Assembly (NCBI GenBank): GCA_963842525.1
Contig: CAWJGT010000009.1
Coordinates: 704,001 to 768,000, forward strand
DNA from: an uncultured Holophagales bacterium
GTDB taxonomy: Bacteria; Acidobacteriota; Thermoanaerobaculia; Multivoradales; UBA5704
Length of the DNA stretch: 64,000 nt
Direction: 5' to 3'
Program-made: the position numbers and the translations under genes
Shown: positions 32,412-43,690 of the stretch, in pieces
How positions within the stretch are numbered: the stretch's first letter is position 1
Layout: the number at the start of each line of letters is the position of its first letter
Notes under the pieces: generated by a model
Told to the model about the DNA's origin: nothing
Seen by the model: the letters and a program-made list of their open reading frames with translations, nothing else
Database searches by the model: none

Positions 32412-34000
32412 CGCTCAAAAGCTCGCGAATCACGCGCAACAGCTCCTGGGTGGCGAAGGGCTTTTCCAGGAACGCATCGGCGGTGGTCCGGTCGGCCTCC
32501 CGGCTCGCCAGGGCATCGTCGGTATAACCGGACATGAGGACGACCTTCATTTCGGGATGAGAGCCGGCGAGCCTGCTGGCCAGATCGACGCCGGTCCCGC
32601 CGGGCATGATCATGTCGCTCAGCAGGAGCTGGATGGCTCCGCCGCGCGCCGTTACGAGGTCCATGGCCGCCGCCGGATTCTCGGCCACGAGCACCCGGTA
32701 GCCCTGGCCTTCCAGCACCTGCCGCAACAGACCCCGGAACATTTCATCGTCTTCGACCAGGAGGATCGTCTCGTGATCTCTGCTGGTGGCTTCGGTGATC
32801 GCGGCCTCGTCCGGTGCAACGGTGGGCTCGGCCTCCTCCTCCTCGCGCACAGGCGCTCCGGCGCAGGGCAGGTAGACCCGGAAGGTGGTGCCCTGTCCGG
32901 GCTGGCTCTCCACCGCGACGCCTCCCTGGCACCGCCGGACGATCGCATGTACCGTGGACAGCCCCAACCCCGTGCCCTTGCCGGGCCCTTTGGTGGTGAA
33001 GAACGGCTCGAAGATGCCGCCCGTGGATCTCCTTGTCCATGCCCACGCCGGTGTCCGTTACCTGGAGCAGTACGTACGGTCCCGCGGGAAGCCGGCCGCC
33101 CTGCGACCGCGATCTCCTCATCCGCCTCGAAGCTGCGCAGTCGCCAGGGTCAGCAAGCCGCCCGAGGGCATGGCATCGCAGGCATTGACGATCAGGTTGA
33201 GGATGACCTGGTGGAGCTGCGCCGGGATCGCCCCAGACGCGGCCGAGCCCCGGCTCGATCTGCCGGGTCAGATGGATGTCCTCACCGAGGAGGCGGTCGA
33301 GCATGACCTCAACGTCCGCGAGCAGCTTCGCTCAAGTCGACCGCCTGGGCCTTGATCTCCTGGCGCCGGCTGAACGCGAGGAGCTGCCGCGTCAAGTCTG
33401 CACGCCCGCAGGGCGGCCCGGTGGATCTGCTCGACGTGGCGGCGGTGAGTCTCTTCGGGCGGCAGCGAGCCGAGCAGCATTTCACTGTAGCCGCGGATCG
33501 TGCCGAGCAGGGTGTTGAAGTCGTGCGCCACGCCGCCGGCCAGACGCCCGATGGCCTCCATCTTCTGGGCCTGGCGGATTTCGGCCTCCAGGCGCACGCG
33601 CTCGCTGATGTCGCGCAGCGTTCCCAGGTAGAAGACCTCGCCTCCATGGCGAACTTCACTCACCGCGAGATCCACCGGGAAGGTCGAGCCGTCGCGGCGC
33701 TGGCCTGCGACTTCCCGGCCGATGCCGATGATCCGTGCCTCGCCGGTCGCCCGATAACGAGCGAGATAGCCGTCGTGCTCCTCCCGCCAGGGCGCTGAGC
33801 ATCAGGATCTTGACATTGCGCCCCACCAGCTCCTCGGGCGTGTAGCCGAACATCTTCTGGATGGACGGGTTGACCGACTGGATGATCCCCGACGTATGGA
33901 TCAGCACGATCCCATCCACGGCGGCGTTCAAGACCGCCTCGAGGAGCGCCTCCTTGGCCCCTCCGTGCTCGGCCTGATGGCCGCCGGCGGATTCGTTCAT
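32401..34000 (-). CDS. PAS-domain hybrid histidine kinase with C-terminal receiver (frameshifted)
   Basis: [14 protein letters not shown]; [20 protein letters not shown]; DTGVGM; GLSTVHAIV; [22 protein letters not shown]. Confidence 0.85.
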
Positions 34001-34649
34001 CCCTGCCCCGCAGACCCGGGGCCGCGACGATGCCGTGGCGCAGGGCGAAGCCCACGACCTGTGCGCGGTTGTGGAGGTGCAGCTTGTCGAGGATGTTGCG
34101 GACGTGGAACTTGACCGTGTTCTCGCTGACCCCCAACTGCGCCAGCTTGCGGTTCGAGGTGACCCCCTGGACCAGCAGCTCGAGCACCTCGCGCTCCCGC
34201 TCGGTCAGGGCGTCGGGTTCGTGGGACTCGGCGGCGGGCCGGGGCGGGCGGGCGAACTCCTGGAGGAGCTTGCGGGCCAGCCCCGGAGTCAGAGCAGGCT
34301 CGCCGCGGCCGACCCTTCCAGGACGGGAAAAACTCCCCGCGATTCGAGGTTCTTGAGCAGATAGCCCTGAGCGCCCGACTTGATCGCCTCGAACAGCTTG
34401 TCGTCCTCGTCCGAGGCGGTGAGGACCACGACCTTGACCTGCGGCATCTCGGCGCTGATCAGGCGCGTGGCCGTCAGGCCGTCGAGCCCCGGCATCGAGG
34501 TCCATCAGGACGATCGGGCTGGAGACGGCGCGTGAGCTCGACCGCCTCGCGCCCGTCGCCGCCTGGCCGGCGACCTCGAGGCCACGGGAGGGAGCAGGCG
34601 CCCAGGCTCTCCCGAAAAGGGCGTGATCGTCGGCAATCAGGATCCTCAT
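33997..34649 (-). CDS. NarL/LuxR-family response regulator (frameshifted)
   Basis: MRILIADDHALF, MPGLDGL, GAQGYLLKN, LTEREREVL..SENTVKFHVRNILDKLHL. Confidence 0.88.
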
Positions 34650-34981
34650 GTCATCCCTACTCGTGGCGGGGATTGGCGCCTTCCGGCTAGCCGCTGATTC
34701 CGCTAAAACATAGCATAGCCGATCCACGGGAGCAGGGACCCACACCATTCCGGACGGTTTTCCCCCTCTCCAAACCACCCGCGCGGTAGTCGCGGCCCAC
34801 CCCGATGGGCGTGGCATCGAGCACAGAGGCCCGTTAGGGTCTTTCGCCCAAGAGGAGTGCCAAGGAGGGTGTGCCGATGATCCCGCCGGCCGCAAGCCTA
34901 AGCCGGTCGCTCGCCGACGCCGTGGTCGAGCACCCCGGCCCTGGTGACCCTGCCCTGAAAAAAAGAGAGAAGGAGACAGCC

Positions 34982-35400
34982 ATGAACATGAAGATCACGT
35001 TTCCCGGCGGGCTTGGCGTGAACGCCGCCTTCAAAGGCTTCACCGTGGCAACCGACCAGGCAGCGGAGCACGGCGGCGGGGGGACGGCTCCCCGAGCCGT
35101 TCAACCTGTTTCTGGCCTCGCTCGGCACCTGCGCCGGCTTCTACGCTCTGCGCTTCTGCCAGCAGCGGGGAATCGCCACCCAGGGCCTCGGCCTCACGGG
35201 GGCGACCAAGGGAACTGCGCGAGGGCAAGCGCCTGGCACTGGTGCGCCTCGCGATGGAGGCCTCCCGGCCGGGTTCCCAGAGAAATACCGCGACGCCGTG
35301 ATCCGCGCCGTCGACCAGGCATGGTGGAACGCCAGATCCGGAGCCACCCAGCTTCGAGGTGGTGACGGTCGCCGGCAGGACGCAGCCCGGATGGTGCAGG
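34982..35400 (+). CDS. OsmC/Ohr-family protein (frameshifted; 3' end uncertain)
   Basis: MNMKITFPGG..TDQ..GG, then shifted frame PFNLFLASLGTCAGFYALRFC; GAGAAGGAG RBS. Confidence 0.7.
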
Positions 35401-35678
35401 TCCGAAGCCGGTATTCCCGATCGTCGAGGCCCGGTATCTCGCCGAGATCAAGCTCCTCCGGACTGCGCTCCGCGCGGGTTGTCGCCGCGTCGGCCGGCCG
35501 GACGCCCCCCGGGAGCGGCCGCACCGCCCATCAGGGTGGGTCAGAACTGCCCGCCTGCGTTTCCTCTAGCTACCCGCGTGGAGATGGATCTAGGCGAACC
35601 ATCGCTTAAGGTTGATTTCAAGAGTCAGGGGCATGCGGAGGTCACTTATCCACCGCTGGCGCTCCAGAAAGGTTCGCA

Positions 35679-36641
35679 ATGAGCACCTCGAAGCACCTGC
35701 CCGATGATCAGATCGAACCGTATTTCAAGCACCTTGCGGCAGAATACCACGCTCTGCCTGGCGCCTTGCACGCGCCTTATAAGGAAGAGATCGAGAAGAT
35801 TCTGGCACTCGGCGGAGAAAAGGTCGGCGCCGAGGTTCCGAAGAGGCCAGGTAAGCATCTGACGTGGGATGACCTTTTCCAGCTCGAGCTTCTGCTCCTG
35901 CGCGTGTTGCCCGAGGACAAGCTCCTCCGCAAAGCATGGCTGATCCGGAACCGTTACGGCAATGCGATTGGCGCAGCCGGATATGCTCTCTACGTGGAAA
36001 CACAGCCACCGGCAATGGACCCGAACACCAAAACCCCAGACCTCGATTGCCTACGAGCCGACCTCGAAGTCGTTCTGCAAGATCTTTTCTGGCGCTACAA
36101 GCTGTCGAAAACTTGGGAGGAGAAGAGAAAAGATCTGCTGGGCAAATTTACGCTCGGGTACATCCTCCTCGTCGCCTGCGGTATCGCGGCGGTCGGATTC
36201 TGGGGTCAAATCAAAGACTATCATTCTGTCCTGATCCTGCTCGCAGTGGCTGTCGCGGGTGCGACGGGAGGGATCGTCAGCATGCTTCAGCGCCTCCAAA
36301 CCGTACCCCAGGAGCAGAAGCGCACCGACAGCGTCATCCAATTGCAGTACGGCAGCACAGGCCTGCTGCTCCAGTCGGTGTTGACCGGCGGTATCTTCGC
36401 CACTCTGCTGCTCCTCTTCTTCGCGGGTGGGATCCTTACCGGAGAGCTATTTCCCCAGGTGGAAGGCGCTCGGAATCTCTTCGAGTGGCTGAAGCTCATC
36501 CCTGACCAGGGTCGGCATCTTGCCAAGCTGCTCCTCTGGGCCTTTGTCGCAGGTTTCGCCGAACGGCTCGTCCCAGACTTCCTCGACCGCCTCGCAGTGC
36601 GCGGCCAGAAAAGGAGCGAGGCCGCTCCGACGACGACCTGA
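35679..36641 (+). CDS. Multi-TM membrane protein (GGIVS...GFAERLVPD family), candidate effector
   Basis: Soluble helical N-half, then about four TM helices, AGATGGIVSMLQRL and WAFVAGFAERLVPDFL; visibly more AT-rich than its neighbours. Confidence 0.8.
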   Translation: MSTSKHLPDDQIEPYFKHLAAEYHALPGALHAPYKEEIEKILALGGEKVGAEVPKRPGKHLTWDDLFQLELLLLRVLPEDKLLRKAWLIRNRYGNAIGAAGYALYVETQPPAMDPNTKTPDLDCLRADLEVVLQDLFWRYKLSKTWEEKRKDLLGKFTLGYILLVACGIAAVGFWGQIKDYHSVLILLAVAVAGATGGIVSMLQRLQTVPQEQKRTDSVIQLQYGSTGLLLQSVLTGGIFATLLLLFFAGGILTGELFPQVEGARNLFEWLKLIPDQGRHLAKLLLWAFVAGFAERLVPDFLDRLAVRGQKRSEAAPTTT

Positions 36642-36654
36642 GAATGAGGCACCA

Positions 36655-37270
36655 ATGCCTTTCTACAACCAGCACGGAGAGCTGGCAGCGAGCCCGCACG
36701 CCAGAACCTACGGCGAGGAGCTGCCGACCATGCTTTCAGCCTTCGACTGCATCCTGAACGGCGCGAAAGCGCTCTACGCAAGCAGCGAGCTGACCACGGG
36801 CAAACGCCTTTACGATCTGATGCTCGCGGCGGGGGTGCGCACGGAGGAGGAGCTGCAAGCAAAACTCGGAAAGCAGGGATATCGGCGTCGGCTCTGGGAA
36901 CCCAACTTCGCCGAGGCCCTCGATTTCGCGCGCCAAATCCGCGAGCGCTATCAAAGCGAGCTGGTCATCACCCCGGCTCCTTTCGTCGCCCTGGGCTGGA
37001 GCCAATCGGAATATCTCGCCCTCTGGGAGACTCTGATCCGCACCCGTGTCAAGGAGCTGTTCTTCGGTCCCGGTTGGGAATACAGCAACGGCTGCGCCTT
37101 CGAGTTCTCCGTCGCCTGGGACGCGGGTATCCCCACCCGCGATGCCGACGGCGTTTTGATCGGTCTGGAGTCGGGGATTGAACGGATCTCGGTGGCGGCC
37201 GCGGAGCTGGAGGGCCACGGGTTCGATGTTTCGGAGCTGCGCCTCAAGCCTCTCCCGCCTCTCAAGCCGG
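36655..37270 (+). CDS. DUF4406 / nucleoside-deoxyribosyltransferase-like protein (3' end uncertain; ORF reads on to 37584)
   Basis: ALYASSELTTG, VITPA, LFFGPGWEYSNGCAFEFSVAWDAGIP match the Y.S..P / GW..S.G...E pattern; GAGG RBS; 13 bp after the TM gene. Confidence 0.65.
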
Positions 37271-38864
37271 CCGGTCCCTCGCCCCGCAGCAGCCGGGCGA
37301 GCTCGGCATCCCTCTGGTACACGTCCCGACCTAGCTGGAGCGTACCGCTGCTGTCGATCCAGGCGGTCCAGTACGCGACATGGACCGGGACCGTCCGGGC
37401 GAGCGGCACTGTGCGCTCCCGCCCCGCGTCGATGCCGGCGCGAATCGCCTCCGGCATCCAGCGCGGGTCGCTGCGCAACGCCCAGACCGCCAGATCGAAA
37501 GGTTTTTCGATCCGGATGCAGCCGGGGCCGAAGGTGCGGACGGTGCTGCCGAAAAGCGCCGGGGCGGATGTGTCGTGCAGGTAGACGCCGAACCGGTTGG
37601 GGAAGACGAATTTGATCCGTCCCAGGGCGTTCCGTGGTCCCGGCTTCTGGCGCAGCCGCGATCCGGAGAGCGTTTCGAAGCCCTCGCGCTGCAGATAGGA
37701 CGGGTCCCTCCGCGCTCTGGCGAGGACTTCCGGGACGATGCTCCGTGGCACATTCCAGGACGGGTTGAGGACCACGGAGTTCATGGCGCTGCTGAACATC
37801 GGCGTGCGGGTGTAGGGCTTGCCGACGATGACCCGCATGTCGAGGACGCTCCGGCCGTCCTCGAAGGCGTCCAGGCGGAAGCCTGCAATGTTGACCAGCA
37901 CATACCGAGGCCCTAGGTCGCGCGGCAGCCAGCGCCAGCGCTCCAGGTTCACCTCGATCTGCCGGACGTGGTCCTCCGCCCGCTGGTTGAGCTCGGCGAG
38001 GGTGGCCGGGCCGACGACGCCATCCACCTCCAGGCCGTGGCGCCGCTGGAACTGACGCACCCCTTCCTCCAAGGGAGCGTCGAACAGGTCGGCGCTCTCC
38101 GCGGCCGGAAGGGGCGCTGCCGCATCGGATGCGGCGGCCTCGGCCAGGCGCGCCCGCAGGGCCGCAACGCGTTCCTCCTGATCCCAGGCCCTCAGCGTGG
38201 GCCCGGGCGGGACCAGCTCGGGGCCGCCTCGCGCGGCGATCCGGCGGTAGCGGCCCAGCGCCTCTCGCAGCGACGCGTATCGCCGATGAGGAGGGACCAA
38301 GCCGGCGAGCGTGGCACGCACCCGGTCCGCAGCCAGCGCCTCTTCGAGGACCGCCGCGAGGTCGGCGGTGTCGCGGCCCAACGCGCAGTCCCGGTAGATT
38401 GCCTGGGGGTTGACTTTGCCGTTCTGCAGGTGTGCGGCGAAGGTGAGGAATGCGTCGCTGAGCAGGAGGTCCAGGTCGGCCAGGCCGCCCGCCTCCGGAC
38501 GGCTCCGCACCGTCGCAGCGAGGCGTGCAAGGGCGGCCGGCCGATAGTCTTCGGCGCGGAGGCCATCGTCCCCGGCGACTGCGAGAGCTGCCAGCAGCGC
38601 TTCGACCCCCGGCCGGAGCGCTCCGCCCTCGCTCCAGGCCGGTGCGTAGCTCCGGCGCTCATAGAAGCACGGGAGATCCGGAGAGGCCCGGAAGCTCTTG
38701 CCCTCGACCGCGAGCCGGGGTGCGGCACCCGAGGCGGGGAAACGGGCTCGCACGATCACCCGGACCTGGTCCGTGCCTGGCGGCTCCTGAGCCTGGACAC
38801 CGCCGAGGGCGAGCATCGCGAAGGCCAGGAGGCAAAGGAGAGATTTCCTGATCCATCTGTTCAC
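37262..38864 (-). CDS. L,D-transpeptidase (YcbB/LdtD-like) with peptidoglycan-binding domain (3' end uncertain)
   Basis: FQRRHGLEVDGVVG, NLERWRW, VNIAGF, NPSWNVP, NALGRIKF, VYLHDT..GCIRI, DVYQRD. Confidence 0.88.
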
Positions 38865-38888
38865 GCTGATCAACTCCTTGCTCCTGGC

Positions 38889-40850
38889 TCAGGGTGCCTC
38901 GGGAATCGTGATCCCGAAGACCCCCCAGCGGTCTGCTGCGTACAGGATCCGCGGATCGCTGGGGTGCAGTGTCAGGGAATAGGCATAGACCTGCTGGCCC
39001 AACGGCTTCCAGGTCGCGCCGCGATCGGCGCTGCGCGAGACGATCGGTCCGGCGACGTAGAAGACGTCCGGGGCCTCCGGATCGATCACCAGGTCGTGGA
39101 CGAGGTGGGGCGTTCGAGCCACCGTCTTCCAGGTCTTTCCCCGATCGTCGCTCGCCAGGACGTCGCGGTTGCGCACGCCATAGAGACGGGAGCGGCTGCG
39201 GTCGAAGGCGAAAGCCCGCAGGTTCAGGGCGATCTTCCGCCAGGTCCGGCCACCGTTCTCACTCTTCCACAGGATCGACGGCAGACCGGCCAGGGGCTCG
39301 TGAGGAGGCTCGAGGACGTCGGTAAGGAAGGTCAGGGCATAGACCTTCGACGGATCGGCTGGATCGACCTCCAGCTTCTGGGCCCACCGCCCGTCTTCGG
39401 ACCATGGGGTCCAGCCGGACAATATAGTCTGCCAGGATTGCCCGTTGTCGGTGCTGCGATAGATGCCGGCGCCCGCGGCAAACAGCGTCTGCTCGTCCGC
39501 GCGGACCAGCGACTCGATGTACCACAGATCGTCGGAGGTCTGTTGCCACGAACGGCCGCCGTCCTGGGTCAGATAGCCGTTGGAGCTGCTCACGGCGACC
39601 ATCCGGGACGGATCCTCCGGATCGATTTCGATGTCCCGGACGTCCCCAAGGCCGCTCGTCAATCCCCAGCTCCAGCCGCCGTTCTTGCTGGTGTAGAGGG
39701 TGAAACCGACGGCAAGGGCCATGCGGGACGGATCGTCCGTCTGGAAGGCGATCTGGGCGCAGGAGCTCTCGGTATTCGGCGTCCGGAAGGCGATCTTCCA
39801 GGTCAAGCCGCCGTCGAGGCTTCGGGCCAGTTCCTTGAAGTCCGTGCCATAGAGGGCTCCGGCCGCGGAGTCGACCACGATGGCACCGGGAAAGATCGGC
39901 GGACGGCCCAGCTTCTGCCAGGTTTGCCCCGCGTTGCGGCTGACCCAGAGAGCGTGCTCGGAGTTTTCTGCCTCCGTCGCGGGCCCGTAGACATAGAGGG
40001 TCTGCGGCGATCGCGGATCGAGGGTCCAGGAGCGCACGGCGAACGGAGCGCCGGGCTTCCCGGTCACGACCTCGCGCCACGTCCGGCCGCCGTCCGTGCT
40101 GCGGAAGAGCCCGCCCTCGGCGCCGCTGTCTGAGACGTAGACCGCGGTCGCGGTGACGGCGAGCCGGTCGATCCGGGCCTCGGGGAAGGGCTGCGGCAGG
40201 GGCGCCCAGGCGTGCCCGGAATCCACGCTCCGAAGGAGGTCCGGGTGCTCCGGGCCGTAGATGACGAGATAGAGACGCTTCGGGGCCGCCGGATGGGTGG
40301 CGAACGCCTGGATCCAGCCGGCCTCGCCCAGGTCGTAGAGGATCTCCCAGGACTGCCCGTTGTCGCGGCTCGCGAGCAGCCGCCGGGAGCTCACGACGTA
40401 GAGGGTCCCTGGAACGGTCACCATGGCGGTCGGCCCGGAACCCCCCAGCGCGGCGATGTAGCTGTCGCCGGTGAGCCGCACCCAGCGGTTGCCGCCGTCC
40501 TCGGTGCGGAAGACCGAGAGGCTCGTAGCGGCCCAGAGGGCGCCGGGACGGGAGGGATCGGCCGCCACGGCGCCCACGTCCGCGCTGGCGAAGGGCTGGC
40601 CCACCCACCTCCAGGTCACCCCGCGGTCCCTGCTCCGGTACAGACCACCTTGCGGCAAGCTGGTCCAGAGGGTGCCGGGAGCACCCGGATGGACGGCAAC
40701 GACTCCGATGCTGTTGCTGTAGCTCACCATGGGGCCGAGGGGGGTCCAGTGGTCGACGCCGGCCTGCGCGGGGAGCCCTACGCCAGCGCAGAGAGCCATC
40801 GCGAGCACGAAAAGGATCGGCGAAGGAAAGGGGTGGATTTTCTTCGACAT
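38889..40850 (-). CDS. Secreted BNR/Asp-box beta-propeller protein
   Basis: Signal peptide; many S.D.G.TW Asp-boxes. Confidence 0.85.
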   Translation of the reverse strand: MSKKIHPFPSPILFVLAMALCAGVGLPAQAGVDHWTPLGPMVSYSNSIGVVAVHPGAPGTLWTSLPQGGLYRSRDRGVTWRWVGQPFASADVGAVAADPSRPGALWAATSLSVFRTEDGGNRWVRLTGDSYIAALGGSGPTAMVTVPGTLYVVSSRRLLASRDNGQSWEILYDLGEAGWIQAFATHPAAPKRLYLVIYGPEHPDLLRSVDSGHAWAPLPQPFPEARIDRLAVTATAVYVSDSGAEGGLFRSTDGGRTWREVVTGKPGAPFAVRSWTLDPRSPQTLYVYGPATEAENSEHALWVSRNAGQTWQKLGRPPIFPGAIVVDSAAGALYGTDFKELARSLDGGLTWKIAFRTPNTESSCAQIAFQTDDPSRMALAVGFTLYTSKNGGWSWGLTSGLGDVRDIEIDPEDPSRMVAVSSSNGYLTQDGGRSWQQTSDDLWYIESLVRADEQTLFAAGAGIYRSTDNGQSWQTILSGWTPWSEDGRWAQKLEVDPADPSKVYALTFLTDVLEPPHEPLAGLPSILWKSENGGRTWRKIALNLRAFAFDRSRSRLYGVRNRDVLASDDRGKTWKTVARTPHLVHDLVIDPEAPDVFYVAGPIVSRSADRGATWKPLGQQVYAYSLTLHPSDPRILYAADRWGVFGITIPEAP

Positions 40851-40979
40851 TTGAACACCTCGATCAAGTTGCGGCGCGTCATCGCGACGGAAGCCTGCTT
40901 TACCTTGAGCCATACGAGGAAAGGTTGCACCGACCGTTCAGGCGGGCCAGGGGGCGCCAACGGGTGGGCATCCCCGGCC

Positions 40980-41075
40980 CTACCCGCCGGGGTGGCCACG
41001 GCGCCATCCCATGGCGTGCCACTCCATACCTCGGAGGGTGTCCCGCGCCGGACGCCGCTGTGGAAAAAAGTGCCT
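40980..41075 (+). promoter_or_regulatory. ~95-bp regulatory repeat, copy 1 (upstream of the nrfHA operon)
   Basis: Aligns with 43675-43772; holds two YACCY-N4-GGGTR palindromes. Confidence 0.7.
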
Positions 41076-41109
41076 GGGAGACAGGCAGTGAATTCATGGA
41101 GGAACGACG

Positions 41110-41711
41110 ATGGCCCCTGCACTCGATCGACTCATCCCAAGGCCGCGCAGAGTGGAGGTCGACCGGATCGACCTCGCCGCGCCGCCGGCTCGCGTCTGGG
41201 GCTCGTGCGTCACGGCGACCTGGCGCAATCCCCGCTCGTTCGTGCGCTCTTCGCCGTCCGCACGCTGCCGAGCCGCCTCGCCGGCAAGCGCGCGGCGGGG
41301 GCCTCCCTCCGCATCGCCGATTTTGCGTCGTCGCCCGAGCATCCTGGATTCCAGGTCCTCATCGATGCGCCGCCGCACGAGGTGGCGGTCGGCGCGATCG
41401 GGAAGGTGTGGCGCCTTGAGATCCCGTTCGTGCACTTGACGAGCGCGGAGGCTTTCGCGGCCTTCGCGGACGCGGGCTTCGTCAAGGTCGCGTGGGCCAT
41501 CCGGCTTTCGTCTCTCGGCGAGGGCGCCACGCGCCTCGCGTTCGAGCTTCGCGTCGACGCGACTGACGACGAGTCGTGGCGGAAGTTCCGCCGATACTTC
41601 CATGTCATCGGTCCCGGCTCGCGCTTCATCCGGCGCTCGCTCCTCCGCAACCTCGCCTCGCGCGTGGAGGCATCCGATTTCCCGGGTAGAATCCTGCCGA
41701 CGCCCGGCTGA
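41110..41711 (+). CDS. Hypothetical protein, DUF2867-like (frameshift near 41200)
   Basis: MAPALDRLIP..DLAAPPARVW joins LVRHGDLAQSPLVRALFAVR..GAIGKVW..KVAW..FRRYF..IGPGSRFIRR. Confidence 0.6.
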
Positions 41712-41752
41712 CTGAGCAGATCTCCTGCGAGGCGTGGCCGGCGGCAGAGGAC

Positions 41753-42202
41753 ATGCGAGGCTCTACCTTCGCCGTCATCATCCTGGGGCCGCTGATCGGC
41801 TTGGCGGCCGGCATCGGCGGCTATACCTTCCTCTATGCGAAGGGCGCGTCGTACCTCTCCAACGACCCCGCGGCCTGCGCCAACTGCCATGTCATGCAGT
41901 CGCAGTACGACCAGTGGCTGTCGTCGAGCCACCGCTCGGTGGCGGTGTGCAACGATTGCCACACACCCAAGGGGTTTATTGCCAAGTACGCCACCAAGGC
42001 CCTGAACGGCTTCAACCACTCCTATGCGTTCACCACGGGCCGGTTCCACGAGCCGATCCAGATCGGGGAGCGCAACCGGCGGGTCACCGAGCAGGCCTGC
42101 CGCAAGTGTCACGAAGCCATCGTGCAGGCCATCGAAGGGCCCCGCCAACCTGGGCAGGAGCTGTCCTGCATCCGCTGCCATTCGACCGTGGGGCACTTCT
42201 GA
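41753..42202 (+). CDS. nrfH: Cytochrome c nitrite reductase small subunit (tetraheme)
   Basis: N-terminal TM, YLSNDPAACANCH, CNDCH, CRKCH, CIRCH..VGH; directly before nrfA. Confidence 0.92.
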   Translation: MRGSTFAVIILGPLIGLAAGIGGYTFLYAKGASYLSNDPAACANCHVMQSQYDQWLSSSHRSVAVCNDCHTPKGFIAKYATKALNGFNHSYAFTTGRFHEPIQIGERNRRVTEQACRKCHEAIVQAIEGPRQPGQELSCIRCHSTVGHF

Positions 42203-42226
42203 TCCGTTGCGAGGAGAGCTGACGAG

Positions 42227-43690
42227 ATGGACAACGACATGAGGAACAGTGGGCTGCGGAGCCGGCGGGGGTGGGGTCTGATCCTGGGCGTGGCTCTGAT
42301 CTCAGCGGTTGCGGCGGCCGGCGCGACGGCTCTCCTGGTCAACATCTTCGAGCACAAGCAGGAGGCCCGGAACCCCTTCTACCGGGTGGTGGAGATCGAC
42401 GACCAGACTGAAGACCCGGCGGTCTGGGGCAAGAACTTCCCCATGCAGTACGACCTCTACAAGAAGACGGTGGACCAGGTACGCACGCGTTACGGCGGCA
42501 GCGAGGCCATGCCACGCACGCCCGACGAGGTGGATCCCCGTTCAATCGTCGCCCAGTCCCGTCTCGAGGAGGACCCGCGCCTGAAGACGATGTGGGCGGG
42601 CTATGCCTTCGCCGTCGACTTCCGCGAGGAGCGCGGCCACGCCTTCATGCTGGAGGACCAGACCTTCACGCAACGCCAGGTGGTCAAGCAGCAGCCCGGC
42701 ACCTGCATGCACTGCCACGCCTCGGTCTATCTGCCCTACAAGAAGCTGGGCAACGGCGACCTCATCGCCGGCTTCGAGAAGATGAACCGGATGCCCTACC
42801 AGGAAGCCCGCAAGCTCGTCGATCACCCGGTGGCCTGCATCGACTGCCACGATCCCGAGACCATGCAGCTCCGCGTCGCCCGGCCGGGCTTCATCGAGGG
42901 GATCCGCACCCTCAAGGCTTCTCAGGGGATGCAGGGCTTCGACGTCAACACCATGGCCACCCGCCAGGAGATGCGGGCCTATGTCTGCGGCCAGTGTCAT
43001 GTCGAGTATTACTTCAAGGGTCCGGAGAAGCGGTTGACCTACCCCTGGCACAACGGCCTCCGGGTGGACGACATCCTGGCGCATTACGACACGGAACAGT
43101 TCAAGGACTGGGAGCACGCCGAGACCGGCGCGCCGGTGCTCAAGGCGCAGCATCCCGAGTTCGAGATGTGGAGCCAGGGCATCCATGCACGCTCGGGAGT
43201 GGCCTGCGCCGATTGCCATATGCCCTACACACGGGTGGGGGCGTTGAAGATCAGCGACCACCACGTGCGCAGCCCTGTGCTCAATATCAACAACGCCTGC
43301 CAGACCTGCCACAAATGGCCCGAGGAGGAGCTCAAGGCGCGGATCCAGACCATCCAGGACCGCACCTTTGCTATGCGCAACCGGGCCATGGACGCCCTCG
43401 TGGCGCTGATCAACGACATCAAGATCGCCCGGCAGGCCGAGGCGTCCCCGGACCAGCTCGCCCGCGCCCGGGACTTCCAGCGCAAGGCCCAGTTCTATCT
43501 CGACTTCATCGAGGCGGAGAACTCCATGGGCTTCCACGCCGACCAGGAGGCGGTGCGGATCCTCGCCCAGTCGATCGACTACGCCCGCCAGGGGCAGATG
43601 GCGGTACGCGGAGTGCCGGGCCTGCCGACGGTGCAGGCCAACCCGGCGCCGCCCCAGACCGCCGCAGGCGGCCCCCACCCGCCGGGGTAG
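42227..43690 (+). CDS. nrfA: Ammonia-forming cytochrome c nitrite reductase (pentaheme, CXXCH heme-1 variant)
   Basis: WAGYAF..RGH, CMHCH, CIDCH, CGQCHVEYYF, KAQHPEFE, CADCHMP, CQTCH, ENSMGFH. Confidence 0.95.
   Translation: MDNDMRNSGLRSRRGWGLILGVALISAVAAAGATALLVNIFEHKQEARNPFYRVVEIDDQTEDPAVWGKNFPMQYDLYKKTVDQVRTRYGGSEAMPRTPDEVDPRSIVAQSRLEEDPRLKTMWAGYAFAVDFREERGHAFMLEDQTFTQRQVVKQQPGTCMHCHASVYLPYKKLGNGDLIAGFEKMNRMPYQEARKLVDHPVACIDCHDPETMQLRVARPGFIEGIRTLKASQGMQGFDVNTMATRQEMRAYVCGQCHVEYYFKGPEKRLTYPWHNGLRVDDILAHYDTEQFKDWEHAETGAPVLKAQHPEFEMWSQGIHARSGVACADCHMPYTRVGALKISDHHVRSPVLNINNACQTCHKWPEEELKARIQTIQDRTFAMRNRAMDALVALINDIKIARQAEASPDQLARARDFQRKAQFYLDFIEAENSMGFHADQEAVRILAQSIDYARQGQMAVRGVPGLPTVQANPAPPQTAAGGPHPPG

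Noticed and set aside
36951-37584. 600-bp antisense overlap between the NDT-like gene and the L,D-transpeptidase
   Set aside because: Family similarity of both ends near 37250-37300; read-through is better explained by an indel or a junction that removed the stops.
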